Part shown: positions 7,187 through 15,686 of the stretch, in pieces | Layout: each line of letters opens with the position of its first letter | Position numbering within the stretch: the first letter of the stretch is position 1 | Sequence record: OP087522.1 | Length of the DNA: 44,099 nt | Strand: one strand, 5' to 3' | From: Escherichia phage TR1 | Position numbers and translations under genes: made by a program | Notes under the pieces: model-generated | Seen by the model: only the letters and a program-made list of their open reading frames with translations | What the model was told of the DNA's origin: nothing | Databases searched by the model: none

Positions 7187-7553
7187 TCCTGAATATTACC
7201 AAAAGCAGAATGATGATGATGCACAACATAATTCCACTTCCAACCCACGGGATTGCAGAAGAATCATTGTTTGTGATTTCAATCTTCTCAGCTGTGATTG
7301 TTGACGCTTTGATTGAGTTATCAGAAGTCTTCTTACCGCTTGAGCTATCAAGAGTGTCAACATTAGAGTTCTTCAACTCAGCCTTTGCATTGGAACTTGA
7401 ATCAACCTTGTTTGTCAGACCTACGCCAACCTTATTGTTCTCCGCTCCAGCCTGGGCGCTAATCTCTGGCTTACTGCCAATCAATCCGGTCAGTGCTGAT
7501 GTTGCCGAACAACCAGAAAGCAGAATCACCGCAGCAATTAATACAACCTTCAT
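7167..7553 (-). CDS. unimolecular spanin (lipoprotein signal plus C-terminal TM anchor)
   Basis: N-terminal signal with lipobox LLSGC and C-terminal hydrophobic helix IMLCIIIILLLVIF in one 128-aa protein; sits last in the lysis cassette, as in T1-type phages. Confidence 0.65.
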   Translation of the reverse strand: MKVVLIAAVILLSGCSATSALTGLIGSKPEISAQAGAENNKVGVGLTNKVDSSSNAKAELKNSNVDTLDSSSGKKTSDNSIKASTITAEKIEITNNDSSAIPWVGSGIMLCIIIILLLVIFRKNKKAP

Positions 7554-8035
7554 TTACCAACCCCACTTAAGCATAATTTTATTTCCTCGTTGCGCCTGTT
7601 CACGAGCCCCTTGACGACAACCTTCTTACCATTCTTGGTTATCTTGTTCCACATCCCGAGAGCCTTGCAACCCTCCTCAATCTTACCTTGGTTAATAAAC
7701 CTTACTGCCGTGGACTTCCTCATTGCAGAGCCGCCAACGTTATAACTAAAACTGATTAATGCCGCTCTTGTTTCTGGAGAGATAGGGTATGTCACCGCAT
7801 CCTGAACATACTTCCCATGAATCTGAATGTGCTTCTCAAGCAGATTCCGGCACTCCCTGTTACTGTACCTCTTACCCCATACAACATCAGGGCCAGTAAT
7901 GCCAGCACAGACCGTAGGGATTCCTGCAATGTCCATGTAAGGCTTGTACTCAACGCCCTCTACAAGCTCAATAATCGGCGCTGCGATGTATATTGCCGCT
8001 GCCGTCGCTGCACTAATTACCAGCTTCTGCTTCAT
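7550..8035 (-). CDS. endolysin, T4-lysozyme-like muramidase with N-terminal SAR-type signal-anchor
   Basis: Weakly hydrophobic Ala/Gly-rich N-terminal segment (LVISAATAAAIYIAAPII) followed by E-x10-D-x5-T catalytic spacing (ELVEG...YMDIAGIPTVCAG). Confidence 0.65.
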   Translation of the reverse strand: MKQKLVISAATAAAIYIAAPIIELVEGVEYKPYMDIAGIPTVCAGITGPDVVWGKRYSNRECRNLLEKHIQIHGKYVQDAVTYPISPETRAALISFSYNVGGSAMRKSTAVRFINQGKIEEGCKALGMWNKITKNGKKVVVKGLVNRRNEEIKLCLSGVGK

Positions 8036-8250
8036 TACTTACTCCTAATATTGATAGCTTTTTTTAAATCTCCTGACTCCAGCGCCTTCCTGATTGCCTG
8101 GCTATCCTTAAACTTCCAGTAAGCTCCCCACAACCCGAAAACAACAAGAGCTATAAGGCTGATTATTGCGATTGTCATTTGACCAGTTGCGGCGCCAGTT
8201 ACAGCCGCCCCACCTGTTGATGCCGTAGCGGCGTTAATTACTTCCCTCAC
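8035..8250 (-). CDS. holin (likely pinholin); GTG start at 8250 with AGGTGA RBS; ORF track alternative start 8328
   Basis: Gly/Ala-rich TM segment plus second TM (TIAIISLIALVVFGLWGAYW), charged C-terminus; about 71 aa from the GTG start. Confidence 0.55.
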   Translation of the reverse strand: MREVINAATASTGGAAVTGAATGQMTIAIISLIALVVFGLWGAYWKFKDSQAIRKALESGDLKKAINIRSK

Positions 8251-8378
8251 GTGATCACCTTTAAATCCTAATTTGTCAATAGATAGTGTAAATATAATAC
8301 AGTAGGCAAGTGTGGATTGTAAGCACAAAAAAGGGGAGCCAAAAGGCCCCCCGCTTGCAAATCTATGTTTTTGATGTG

Positions 8379-8552
8379 TTAATCTGCGATAATAAATTCC
8401 ACCAAAGAGCCATCAATCGGCGCAAGGATGTGAGTCATATCGTCGCCATAAATCTTGTAGTAACCGCTACCAAGATGCTCGCCGCTGTATGGCTGATTCT
8501 CAGTAAACGGAAGCGTCTTTGAGTTGTTTTTCACGCAGTATAGTTTAGTCAT
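8379..8552 (-). CDS. hypothetical small protein (about 57 aa) heading the lysis operon
   Basis: Manual translation (MTKLYCVKNNSKTLPFTENQ...); AGAGGA RBS; promoter cassette upstream. Confidence 0.35.
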   Translation of the reverse strand: MTKLYCVKNNSKTLPFTENQPYSGEHLGSGYYKIYGDDMTHILAPIDGSLVEFIIAD

Positions 8553-8583
8553 TTTTGAATCCTCTGTTGTTTTCGATTTGGTG

Positions 8584-8626
8584 ATTATACCTAATTGCTG
8601 TGGCGATTGTTTAGCGATTCGTGCTA
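8584..8626 (-). promoter_or_regulatory. promoter cassette copy: palindrome TAGCG-ATTCG-TGCTA (8612-8626), 22-bp spacer, -10 TATAAT (8584-8589)
   Basis: Measured spacing; palindrome overlaps stop of dNMP kinase gene. Confidence 0.55.
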
Positions 8627-9165
8627 TTTATTGCATCAATCACTTTTTCTGTAGTTATTTTAATATCACCTTCAATAACATCAATATCAATTTCCCTTGC
8701 GCAGAGGCCGCTAATGTATGACCTACTATCTCCTTCGAAAGTGTAACCAGGTCTATGAAGCCTAACCAATGTAACCTCAACACCACTTTCAATTAGTGGC
8801 TCAATTTCACTTGCAAATCCACCATCTGAACAGATGTGGCAACCATTGCCAAGAGACTGAGCTAGCCTTTTACCGAAAACTTCATCACCAAAAACTGGCT
8901 TCATCACTGATTCGCTAATCCAAATCATAAATTGACGAACAGTCATTCCACCAAGAAATTCATGTGGTGATTCTTTGTACTCTCGATCATCGTAATTCTT
9001 AATAAATCCATCAAACTCATCGCTTGATAGCATGCTCTTAGCCACATTAAACATAGGCGATTTGAAAGAAACCTTATCCTTGCAAATTCCAAGTTTAACA
9101 ATGATATCTGCAACTGTATCTTTTCCAGCACCTGGGGGTCCATTAAGGATGATTAACTTTTTCAT
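8611..9165 (-). CDS. deoxynucleoside monophosphate kinase (T4 gp1-like P-loop kinase)
   Basis: LIILNGPPGAGKDTVADII P-loop and VTLVRLHRPG block resemble T4 dNMP kinase as recalled from memory. Confidence 0.6.
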   Translation of the reverse strand: MKKLIILNGPPGAGKDTVADIIVKLGICKDKVSFKSPMFNVAKSMLSSDEFDGFIKNYDDREYKESPHEFLGGMTVRQFMIWISESVMKPVFGDEVFGKRLAQSLGNGCHICSDGGFASEIEPLIESGVEVTLVRLHRPGYTFEGDSRSYISGLCAREIDIDVIEGDIKITTEKVIDAINSTNR

Positions 9166-9214
9166 TTTATTTACTCAATTTTAATGGGGCCATTTAAAAC
9201 CCCATTGATTTTAT

Positions 9215-9763
9215 TTATTTAGAATTCAGATTTTCTACACCATGAGATTTAAGGCCGCTGTGAACATTATAACCATAATCACAAACCTGATAAGTGGTTA
9301 TCCCTAGAGACCTAAAGTGATTTATTACATTCGGGCTATCATCCCAGGCCGCCGTAATTCTTTCAATCCCAATTGAATTTAAGAATTCCTCTTTAATTAT
9401 CGTATCCTTCCTGTTGTCCGAAGCTGATCGCATTACCATTACGTTGTATTTGCATCCATTTTTAGTAAGCCAATCAAGTGACTCATCTAGAACATGATCA
9501 GACCTTCCTGTTAAAATGATTATGTATGCGCCGCTATCATAAAGCGAATTCATTACGCTTATCGTATCATTAAATGGAGAATCAAATCTGCTTAGTGAGT
9601 TAAATTCAATCCACGACTCGGTAAGGTGAGGGTCAGTTTTTGGGATCTTATCAAGTCTGTGAGCCCCGTCAGAAAGCGTTCCGTCATAATCAAAAATATA
9701 AACTGGCTTACCTTTGAAGTCATTGTTAATTGATTTTTTTATCATTGAATATAGTTGTTTCAT
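9215..9763 (-). CDS. HAD-superfamily phosphatase (putative nucleotidase)
   Basis: HAD motif I FDYDGTLSD, motif II TGR, C-terminal WDD acidic motif. Confidence 0.6.
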   Translation of the reverse strand: MKQLYSMIKKSINNDFKGKPVYIFDYDGTLSDGAHRLDKIPKTDPHLTESWIEFNSLSRFDSPFNDTISVMNSLYDSGAYIIILTGRSDHVLDESLDWLTKNGCKYNVMVMRSASDNRKDTIIKEEFLNSIGIERITAAWDDSPNVINHFRSLGITTYQVCDYGYNVHSGLKSHGVENLNSK

Positions 9764-9793
9764 TTTTGTTTACCATCTCGTTTGTGTTTGATT

Positions 9794-9836
9794 AATATAC
9801 CCAGATTTCTCTGGGATTTATTAACAAAAAGTGCTA
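9794..9836 (-). promoter_or_regulatory. promoter cassette copy: palindrome TAACA-AAAAG-TGCTA (9822-9836), 22-bp spacer with hairpin, -10 TATATT (9794-9799)
   Basis: Measured in sequence. Confidence 0.5.
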
Positions 9837-9840
9837 TTTA

Positions 9841-10980
9841 TTACATTCCAGGTCGATAGATATGACGACCAACCTCGCCAAACTCTTTGTGATAAACAAT
9901 CGCGGCAGCCTGACGATATGAGCGCCACCCCCCTCGTGCTGCATACGCATCCTTGCTTGCTAGTGCTGGATGTACTTCGTCAATACCAAGAGTGCACTCT
10001 GTTACTGTTGCGTGGTGAAAATGCCCGGAATGGCAATAAACGAACTCGCATTCACCAAAGTCTTTCCTGTAATCAGTTGCCATAGCTGCAAGTCTACCTT
10101 CCGCTTTCTTCATTGTGTGACCATGAGTGTAGCCAAGTAGTGTTGAGCCAAATCTTGTCTTGTGCATAATCGCAGGGCTTACATCAACAAAGACACGACT
10201 CTCATTTTCATAAAATGCAGCCATCGCAGCCCGAAGCCAGATCATGCCGCTTTGGTCATGATTTCCCTCGATAATTTGAATGTCAACACTTTTATGCTTT
10301 TTAAGCATCTTTTCTACAGCGCCACGAATTGATCTAATTGCGATGTAGACTAACTTAGCGTAACGGCTATCTTGGTCAAGGCAGTGGCCACTAGCTGGAG
10401 TTACCGCCTCAAGGCCATCTGAGTGGAGATAATCACCACCAACAAGGATGACTGCCTTTTCTGAAGCTGGCGAAACTGATATTGCATGGTCAAAGTATGA
10501 GCCCATTAGTTTTTCTGCCGTTGCCGTGTCATAATTTTCACCAGACTCGTGGCGATGGGCCATCATTCCAATATGTATGTCGAAAATTGGATACAGTGTC
10601 ATTAGGTCAGGGTTTGTATCTTTGCCTGAATGCTTAACTTCCTCACACTTTGGCAACTCAGAACAGAAAGCCTCTCGCGCTTGCTCGAGCATAATTTCAA
10701 GGCGTTCATTATCAACGCTCGTCTTAACCCAGCGCAGCTTCTCATTCCCATCCGCATCAATCATGGTTGAAGTACCCTTGACTAAATAGCCGTCCGGCAC
10801 TAACTTCTTGATACCATCATTGCCATGCCCAAACAAACCACTCTTAGCTAACTTACTGCGACGAAGTTCAACGTTGCGAATGTTCATGTCGTACTTCTCC
10901 GCAATCGCCTTGTTAGTCATGCCGTTTTTAAGTTCTTCGATTAGCTGATCGTTGGTAATCTTTGCTACTGTCATTTTCAA
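9841..10980 (-). CDS. calcineurin-like metallophosphoesterase with N-terminal HTH domain
   Basis: N-terminal about 60 aa helix-turn-helix-like (NKAIAEKYDMNIRNVELRRSKLAKSG) fused to GDYLH / GNHD / GHFH phosphoesterase motifs. Confidence 0.6.
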   Translation of the reverse strand: MKMTVAKITNDQLIEELKNGMTNKAIAEKYDMNIRNVELRRSKLAKSGLFGHGNDGIKKLVPDGYLVKGTSTMIDADGNEKLRWVKTSVDNERLEIMLEQAREAFCSELPKCEEVKHSGKDTNPDLMTLYPIFDIHIGMMAHRHESGENYDTATAEKLMGSYFDHAISVSPASEKAVILVGGDYLHSDGLEAVTPASGHCLDQDSRYAKLVYIAIRSIRGAVEKMLKKHKSVDIQIIEGNHDQSGMIWLRAAMAAFYENESRVFVDVSPAIMHKTRFGSTLLGYTHGHTMKKAEGRLAAMATDYRKDFGECEFVYCHSGHFHHATVTECTLGIDEVHPALASKDAYAARGGWRSYRQAAAIVYHKEFGEVGRHIYRPGM

Positions 10981-11055
10981 ATCCTTAGTTCATCACGATA
11001 AAATATAAGATAGTAAAGCTAAACAGTGGTACTAATACTACTAGGGCGGCGTACT

Positions 11056-11307
11056 TCATACAACCTCCTTCAGCCAGTAATCAATTAAATTCGCACTAAT
11101 TGCTAATTTCTCGTCCAGGTCAGTCATGCAGAGATTGCCGCACGCTGGCGAGTAATAAATCTGAACCCACTTTCCATCCTTCGTCTTCGCATTAACATCC
11201 GCATAGTCAGGAGGAAACCAATCAGCAATAGGTATCGCCCTAAACTTAGCACCACTACTCCCACGCACCAAATCATAATGCTCAGGCTGAAAATCTAATC
11301 CAAACAT
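11056..11307 (-). CDS. hypothetical protein (83 aa)
   Basis: ORF track. Confidence 0.45.
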   Translation of the reverse strand: MFGLDFQPEHYDLVRGSSGAKFRAIPIADWFPPDYADVNAKTKDGKWVQIYYSPACGNLCMTDLDEKLAISANLIDYWLKEVV

Positions 11308-11309
11308 AA

Positions 11310-11552
11310 CTAACCCTTCGTTATCTTAAATTTGAATCCCTGCTCTTTCAGGAGCTCATTTGTGTCTATCGTTACGCCAGGCTTAACCCTGACATACTTG
11401 CGCGGCCTTTCATCCATGTACGTAAATTTACCGTTGAAAATAACGCTGATATCTTTTATATCAAAATACTTAGATATCATCTTAATGTCATCCTGAAGCC
11501 CAGCCTCTGCGCAGTGGGTCCATACCGCGGCCCTTCCTGTTTCAACTATCAT
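11310..11552 (-). CDS. hypothetical protein (80 aa)
   Basis: ORF track. Confidence 0.45.
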   Translation of the reverse strand: MIVETGRAAVWTHCAEAGLQDDIKMISKYFDIKDISVIFNGKFTYMDERPRKYVRVKPGVTIDTNELLKEQGFKFKITKG

Positions 11553-11674
11553 AAGCCGTATGCCATTTTCAGGTATTCACGAGCGCACATCCATGACCAT
11601 TGTGAATTATTCTTAACAGCGTCAATCGCATAAACCTGTGCAATCTCGAACATCTCTTTATCTAAGATTTTCAT
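11549..11674 (-). CDS. hypothetical small protein (about 41 aa)
   Basis: Manual translation; TAATG coupling with upstream gene. Confidence 0.25.
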   Translation of the reverse strand: MKILDKEMFEIAQVYAIDAVKNNSQWSWMCAREYLKMAYGL

Positions 11675-11895
11675 TATTTAAAATCCTCTGGGCAATCTTT
11701 CTTCATCTCTGCAATGTCTGCAACCATTCGGTCGCGCCACGTTTCGATATCAGTTCGCAAGTAATCTTCCTCAAAACTATAATCCAGGCAACGAGCCAAA
11801 TCCCAAACATCACCTTTATATCCAGCCTTGTGCAACTCCTGCGATGCCATTGCCTGAAATAACTCCCACTGCTTGTCAAAGGTTAAAATCGCCAT
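11674..11895 (-). CDS. hypothetical acidic protein (73 aa)
   Basis: ORF track; ATGA overlap with upstream gene. Confidence 0.45.
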   Translation of the reverse strand: MAILTFDKQWELFQAMASQELHKAGYKGDVWDLARCLDYSFEEDYLRTDIETWRDRMVADIAEMKKDCPEDFK

Positions 11896-12095
11896 TACTC
11901 AGATACCTCATCAAATTTCTCGCCAAACGCGTTTTTAACAGTTTCTAAATCGTCTTTGTAAGTTGGGCTGACTTCAAATGCGTAGTTGACATCTTCAACA
12001 TCAATAAGAATATAACCATCATCTGTGATAGCAAGTGAGTATTGGTAACCGGTCTTGCGTGATTCGTAGAATTTTCCAGTATAGATAGTAGCCAT
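11895..12095 (-). CDS. hypothetical acidic protein (66 aa)
   Basis: ORF track; promoter cassette and leader CATCGAAACGAAA upstream. Confidence 0.5.
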   Translation of the reverse strand: MATIYTGKFYESRKTGYQYSLAITDDGYILIDVEDVNYAFEVSPTYKDDLETVKNAFGEKFDEVSE

Positions 12096-12133
12096 TTTCT
12101 TTCTCTCTTCGTGTGTTTCGTTTCGATGAAGTG

Positions 12134-12176
12134 ATAATACACCACTTCATCAATTCGTCTTTAGCAATTCGTGCTA
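12134..12176 (-). promoter_or_regulatory. promoter cassette copy: palindrome TAGCA-ATTCG-TGCTA (12162-12176), 22-bp spacer, -10 TATTAT (12134-12139) inside an inverted repeat
   Basis: Measured; palindrome overlaps stop of VRR-NUC gene. Confidence 0.55.
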
Positions 12177-12593
12177 TTTTCTAATCATCTCTGCGAATGC
12201 AGCAAGAAAACCATCTCTGCCGTAGGCAACTCCTGCGAAACCGCCTGATTCCCTTACGCTTTTTAGGAATGACTTTTGCTCATCACTTACTGGGCTAGCC
12301 TGTGTTTTCCCAGCCCTCTTTAGCTCTATTGCGCCAAATGGATAACTTCCTCGTAATGACTCAGGTATTAGAAATAGGCAGTCTGATACGCCTTTAAGAA
12401 GTCCTTTAGCCTGGTCTTTCCTTGCCTGACCAATGCTCTTCATTGATTCATTAACTGTGTGCCAGTAAACAACCTGCGGATAGTTATACTTAACCCAATC
12501 AGAGCAAAAGATTTGTTCGTCGTCTTCCTTCGGGCATGACTTCACCGGGCCGCCATAGAACTCGAGGTAGTCAGTTTTGTCTGTAACTTTCAT
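12174..12593 (-). CDS. VRR-NUC family nuclease
   Basis: Pattern ...DCLFLIPE...GAIELKRAGKTQ... consistent with PD-(D/E)xK VRR-NUC domain; adjacent to helicase. Confidence 0.5.
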   Translation of the reverse strand: MKVTDKTDYLEFYGGPVKSCPKEDDEQIFCSDWVKYNYPQVVYWHTVNESMKSIGQARKDQAKGLLKGVSDCLFLIPESLRGSYPFGAIELKRAGKTQASPVSDEQKSFLKSVRESGGFAGVAYGRDGFLAAFAEMIRK

Positions 12594-14584
12594 AACAATT
12601 CTCCAAAATTCTTAAAAGCGATTATATCTTTACCTTTGCCGTTTTTTCTATGTGTAACCTGCACTGGTGCGCGGAACTTATCTACGTTCGCCATAATCAT
12701 TCTCGCATTGCGAAGTCTGCCAATTCTTGTGGCTTCAGCGCGATTCTCTATATGAGCAAGGCAGAAGTTCTTCCATAGCACGCTGCAAACTCGATGGTCA
12801 GACTCGGGGTTGAAGAATTCCCATGCATTAAACCGATCTCCGTTATGAGCCATGATATTGTACTTAACAACAATTCCGGTTTGATTCTTACTTAAGCCAA
12901 CTTGAAAATCATAAACACGAAGGTAATCACCACGACGATACATCTTACCTGTAAGGTTAGCATTGGGGTCTTTAAGCATCTCTCCGCACTCTCGACAGAC
13001 CTTCGCTGCTATATCATTGCGAGTCCCGCACCCTTTTTTGATAATAGCCTTTGTCTGCAGGTCTGTAATATCTTCACAAACTGTAAAAGTAAAGAAGTGC
13101 TCACATCTCTTTCCGTCAATCTTATTTCCGCATCTACGAGCAAAAGGCGAATTCTCGTATGAGCAAATTGGGCACACTCGAACCTCTGAATCACCATTGC
13201 GTGATGACTTAAACTTCTCGGCCTGAATCTCTTCAATTATTGGATCAAAGTAAAGTTCAGCCATATCATCAAGTGCGCCAGCAAAGTCCAGGACTAAGTG
13301 GTCATCCTTTTTCATACCAATTTCAATATGTTTCTTCTTGAGAATTCGCATTCCACGACCAAGAAGCTGAATCATTAATGTCAGGCTTCCAATCTTGCGG
13401 AGTATGACACTTGTGTCCCACGGAGGCACCGAAACGCCTGTGGTTAAGCATCCAATCTGAAAAATAATCTTGTACTTTCCGGTCTGGCATTCATCTAGAA
13501 TTTCCCTTCTCTTCTTCTCACCAGTGGAATCAGTGATTATCGCGTAAGGATAACCATCGGGTAGAGCAGCAGCCGCTTCATCGCAGTGCATTTTACCAGC
13601 GCAAGTTACCAGTGCGGCGTTACGTGTTTCAAGTATTTTGATAACGAACCCCATTATCTTTTGTGTCATCGTCTGGTTTTCGTGAATCTTTGCAGCCATT
13701 GCATCCATTTCTTTTTTGCTGAAATCCTTAACGCCATCACTTCCATCAGGTGCAAACTCGCTAAGGTCATAACCCAAATCACCAACCTCACCGTAAACAG
13801 TTGGAACAACGAATCCCAAATCAACCAGGTAACTGGTCGGAACTTGCATTACCGTCTTGCGCCAGAAGCCACGAATATTTGGGTTACTAACTACAATGTG
13901 GTCGTTGTTACGATACGGGCTACCAGTCAAGCCGAATATACGGAGCTCGCGACCATACTTCTCTTTGCAGCGGCGCTTCATTTCAGTGATGATTAGTGTG
14001 TACTGCGCACGACCAGTTCCAAGCAATCCGGTATTCACTCCATCCTTGAAAACCATTTCGCCTTTCTTGGTGCTCATTTGCTCAAATGTCTCTTCGTTCT
14101 CTTCAGCTTCTACGATATCCATGTGGTCCACCATGTGTGCCTCATCTATTGCGATAACCGCAGGAACATAGTCACCAAGACCCTTAAACAATCCATTGGC
14201 AGCCGTTCCTTCACTAGCCACTATGGTTGGGTAATAAACTGATTTAACGTTAAGGCCAGCGCAATATACGCTATTACGAATGCCAAAGCTGCGAAGTTCT
14301 TCAGCGTTCTGACTGATAATTTCAGACTGGCGAGAAAGTACCATATAAGGAAGGCCAAGTTGCTCCATGCGTTTACCAATCATGGCAATAATGATTGTCT
14401 TGCCAGCCGATACAGACAGGTCTGCGATGAACGGAGCTTCGTACTTAGCAATATTCTTGCCGATTTGGTCGAATGTCACGCACTGGAATGGATACGGCGT
14501 AATATCTCCAAACTGATAGTCTCTCTGAATCTGCTTAATCTTTTCTTGGTCAAAGTTTGCCACTAAGCGTTCTACTGGAAGCAT
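12590..14584 (-). CDS. SF2 DNA helicase (DEAH box) with C-terminal Cys-rich zinc-finger region
   Basis: Walker A SAGKT, DEAH motif (IAIDEAHMV), C-terminal CPIC...CxxC clusters. Confidence 0.7.
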   Translation of the reverse strand: MLPVERLVANFDQEKIKQIQRDYQFGDITPYPFQCVTFDQIGKNIAKYEAPFIADLSVSAGKTIIIAMIGKRMEQLGLPYMVLSRQSEIISQNAEELRSFGIRNSVYCAGLNVKSVYYPTIVASEGTAANGLFKGLGDYVPAVIAIDEAHMVDHMDIVEAEENEETFEQMSTKKGEMVFKDGVNTGLLGTGRAQYTLIITEMKRRCKEKYGRELRIFGLTGSPYRNNDHIVVSNPNIRGFWRKTVMQVPTSYLVDLGFVVPTVYGEVGDLGYDLSEFAPDGSDGVKDFSKKEMDAMAAKIHENQTMTQKIMGFVIKILETRNAALVTCAGKMHCDEAAAALPDGYPYAIITDSTGEKKRREILDECQTGKYKIIFQIGCLTTGVSVPPWDTSVILRKIGSLTLMIQLLGRGMRILKKKHIEIGMKKDDHLVLDFAGALDDMAELYFDPIIEEIQAEKFKSSRNGDSEVRVCPICSYENSPFARRCGNKIDGKRCEHFFTFTVCEDITDLQTKAIIKKGCGTRNDIAAKVCRECGEMLKDPNANLTGKMYRRGDYLRVYDFQVGLSKNQTGIVVKYNIMAHNGDRFNAWEFFNPESDHRVCSVLWKNFCLAHIENRAEATRIGRLRNARMIMANVDKFRAPVQVTHRKNGKGKDIIAFKNFGELL

Positions 14585-14625
14585 TTTAAATATCCTGATA
14601 GTTCTTTAGTTCGTTGCATTGATGT

Positions 14626-14667
14626 ATAATAACAGCCATCGAACCCATTGTTTAACAAAAAGTGCTA
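14626..14667 (-). promoter_or_regulatory. promoter cassette copy: palindrome TAACA-AAAAG-TGCTA (14653-14667), 21-bp spacer, extended -10 TGTTATTAT
   Basis: Measured. Confidence 0.5.
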
Positions 14668-14680
14668 TTGAGGTAATGAG

Positions 14681-15154
14681 ATGTGTGAAATCGACAAGCG
14701 AACTATTAACGGCAATAACGGAACCGTGCGCACAAAAGACAAAAAGCAACGCAAACGACCATCAGGCTACTACGTATTGAAAGATGAGGTAAAGGCTGGG
14801 CTACGTGCTCGCCTGGAGATGGTTCTTGATTTCTACGGTACAAAGGCGAACATCGCAAAGCAGTTAAATGTGTCCAACCAAGCTGTATCGGAATGGTTTA
14901 ACCGCGGTATGATTTCGGCTCGAGGGGCTCAGCGAGCACATAATGCGTACAAGCGAAATAAGGAGGGATTTCGAGCTACATTCTGCCGACCAGACCTGCA
15001 ATTCGACGGAAACGGAAAACCGCTAACACTTCGATGCAAGAAGCGCCATATGCTTCGCGTAGTTACCGATGCAGAACTAGCAACAAAGCCACCCTGTCGA
15101 CCATGGCGCAAGAATAAGATTGCTAACGAGGCAGCACGAAAAGCTAAAGATTAA
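14681..15154 (+). CDS. HTH DNA-binding protein (Cro/YdaS-like helix-turn-helix), putative transcriptional regulator
   Basis: HTH signature ANIAKQLNVSNQAVSEWFNRGMIS; basic N-terminal region. Confidence 0.55.
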   Translation: MCEIDKRTINGNNGTVRTKDKKQRKRPSGYYVLKDEVKAGLRARLEMVLDFYGTKANIAKQLNVSNQAVSEWFNRGMISARGAQRAHNAYKRNKEGFRATFCRPDLQFDGNGKPLTLRCKKRHMLRVVTDAELATKPPCRPWRKNKIANEAARKAKD

Positions 15155-15160
15155 ATAATT

Positions 15161-15193
15161 GGATGTGCCATAATCGGTACATCCTTTTTTTAT
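15161..15193 (+). terminator. rho-independent terminator
   Basis: Hairpin GGATGT...ACATCC followed by T7 run. Confidence 0.5.
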
Positions 15194-15206
15194 TGGAGAG
15201 AAGAAA

Positions 15207-15686
15207 ATGAACTGGCATGATTATTTTTACTATGTAGATGGCAAATTGCATTGGAAGATTAGCACTGCAAGACGTGTTAAGGTTGGCGATGAGTGCAACT
15301 CACTATCTACATCTGGCTATTACAAAGTGTCTGTTAATGGCTTTAGGACTTATGTACATAGAGTTGTGTGGGAGATGTTTAATGGAGAGCTTCAAAATGG
15401 CGACTACATTGATCATATAAACCATAACAAATTAGATAACAGAATAGAAAACCTAAGAGTAACAACAAATCAAGGTAACTCAAGAAATTGCAAGCTTAGC
15501 GTTTTATCAACAAATGGTTATTGTGGAGTGGCAAAGCTAAATCACGGAAAATTTAAGGCTCACATCAAGGTTGACGGCAAGCATCTACACCTTGGGAACT
15601 TCGATACTCCAGAGCAGGCGTATAAAGTAAGAATTGAAGCAGAGAGAAAATACAACTTTCACGAAAATCACGGGTTAAGCAAATGA
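15207..15686 (+). CDS. HNH-AP2 homing endonuclease (paralog family copy 1)
   Basis: MNWxDxFxY N-terminus, HRVVWE...DHINHNKLDNRIENLR HNH core, AP2-like GV...G.F.T.E.A C-terminal domain. Confidence 0.75.
   Translation: MNWHDYFYYVDGKLHWKISTARRVKVGDECNSLSTSGYYKVSVNGFRTYVHRVVWEMFNGELQNGDYIDHINHNKLDNRIENLRVTTNQGNSRNCKLSVLSTNGYCGVAKLNHGKFKAHIKVDGKHLHLGNFDTPEQAYKVRIEAERKYNFHENHGLSK

Noticed and set aside
8611-9763. Kinase plus phosphatase as a split polynucleotide kinase/phosphatase (RNA repair) working with the phage tRNA
   Set aside because: The kinase P-loop region resembles T4 dNMP kinase (gp1) more than Pnkp, and no RNA ligase is present in the window; nucleotide metabolism is the more economical reading.
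12902-14171. Plus-strand ORFs inside the helicase gene (12902..13162, 12963..13226, 13586..13996, 13857..14171)
   Set aside because: Shadow ORFs antisense to the helicase; no RBS.
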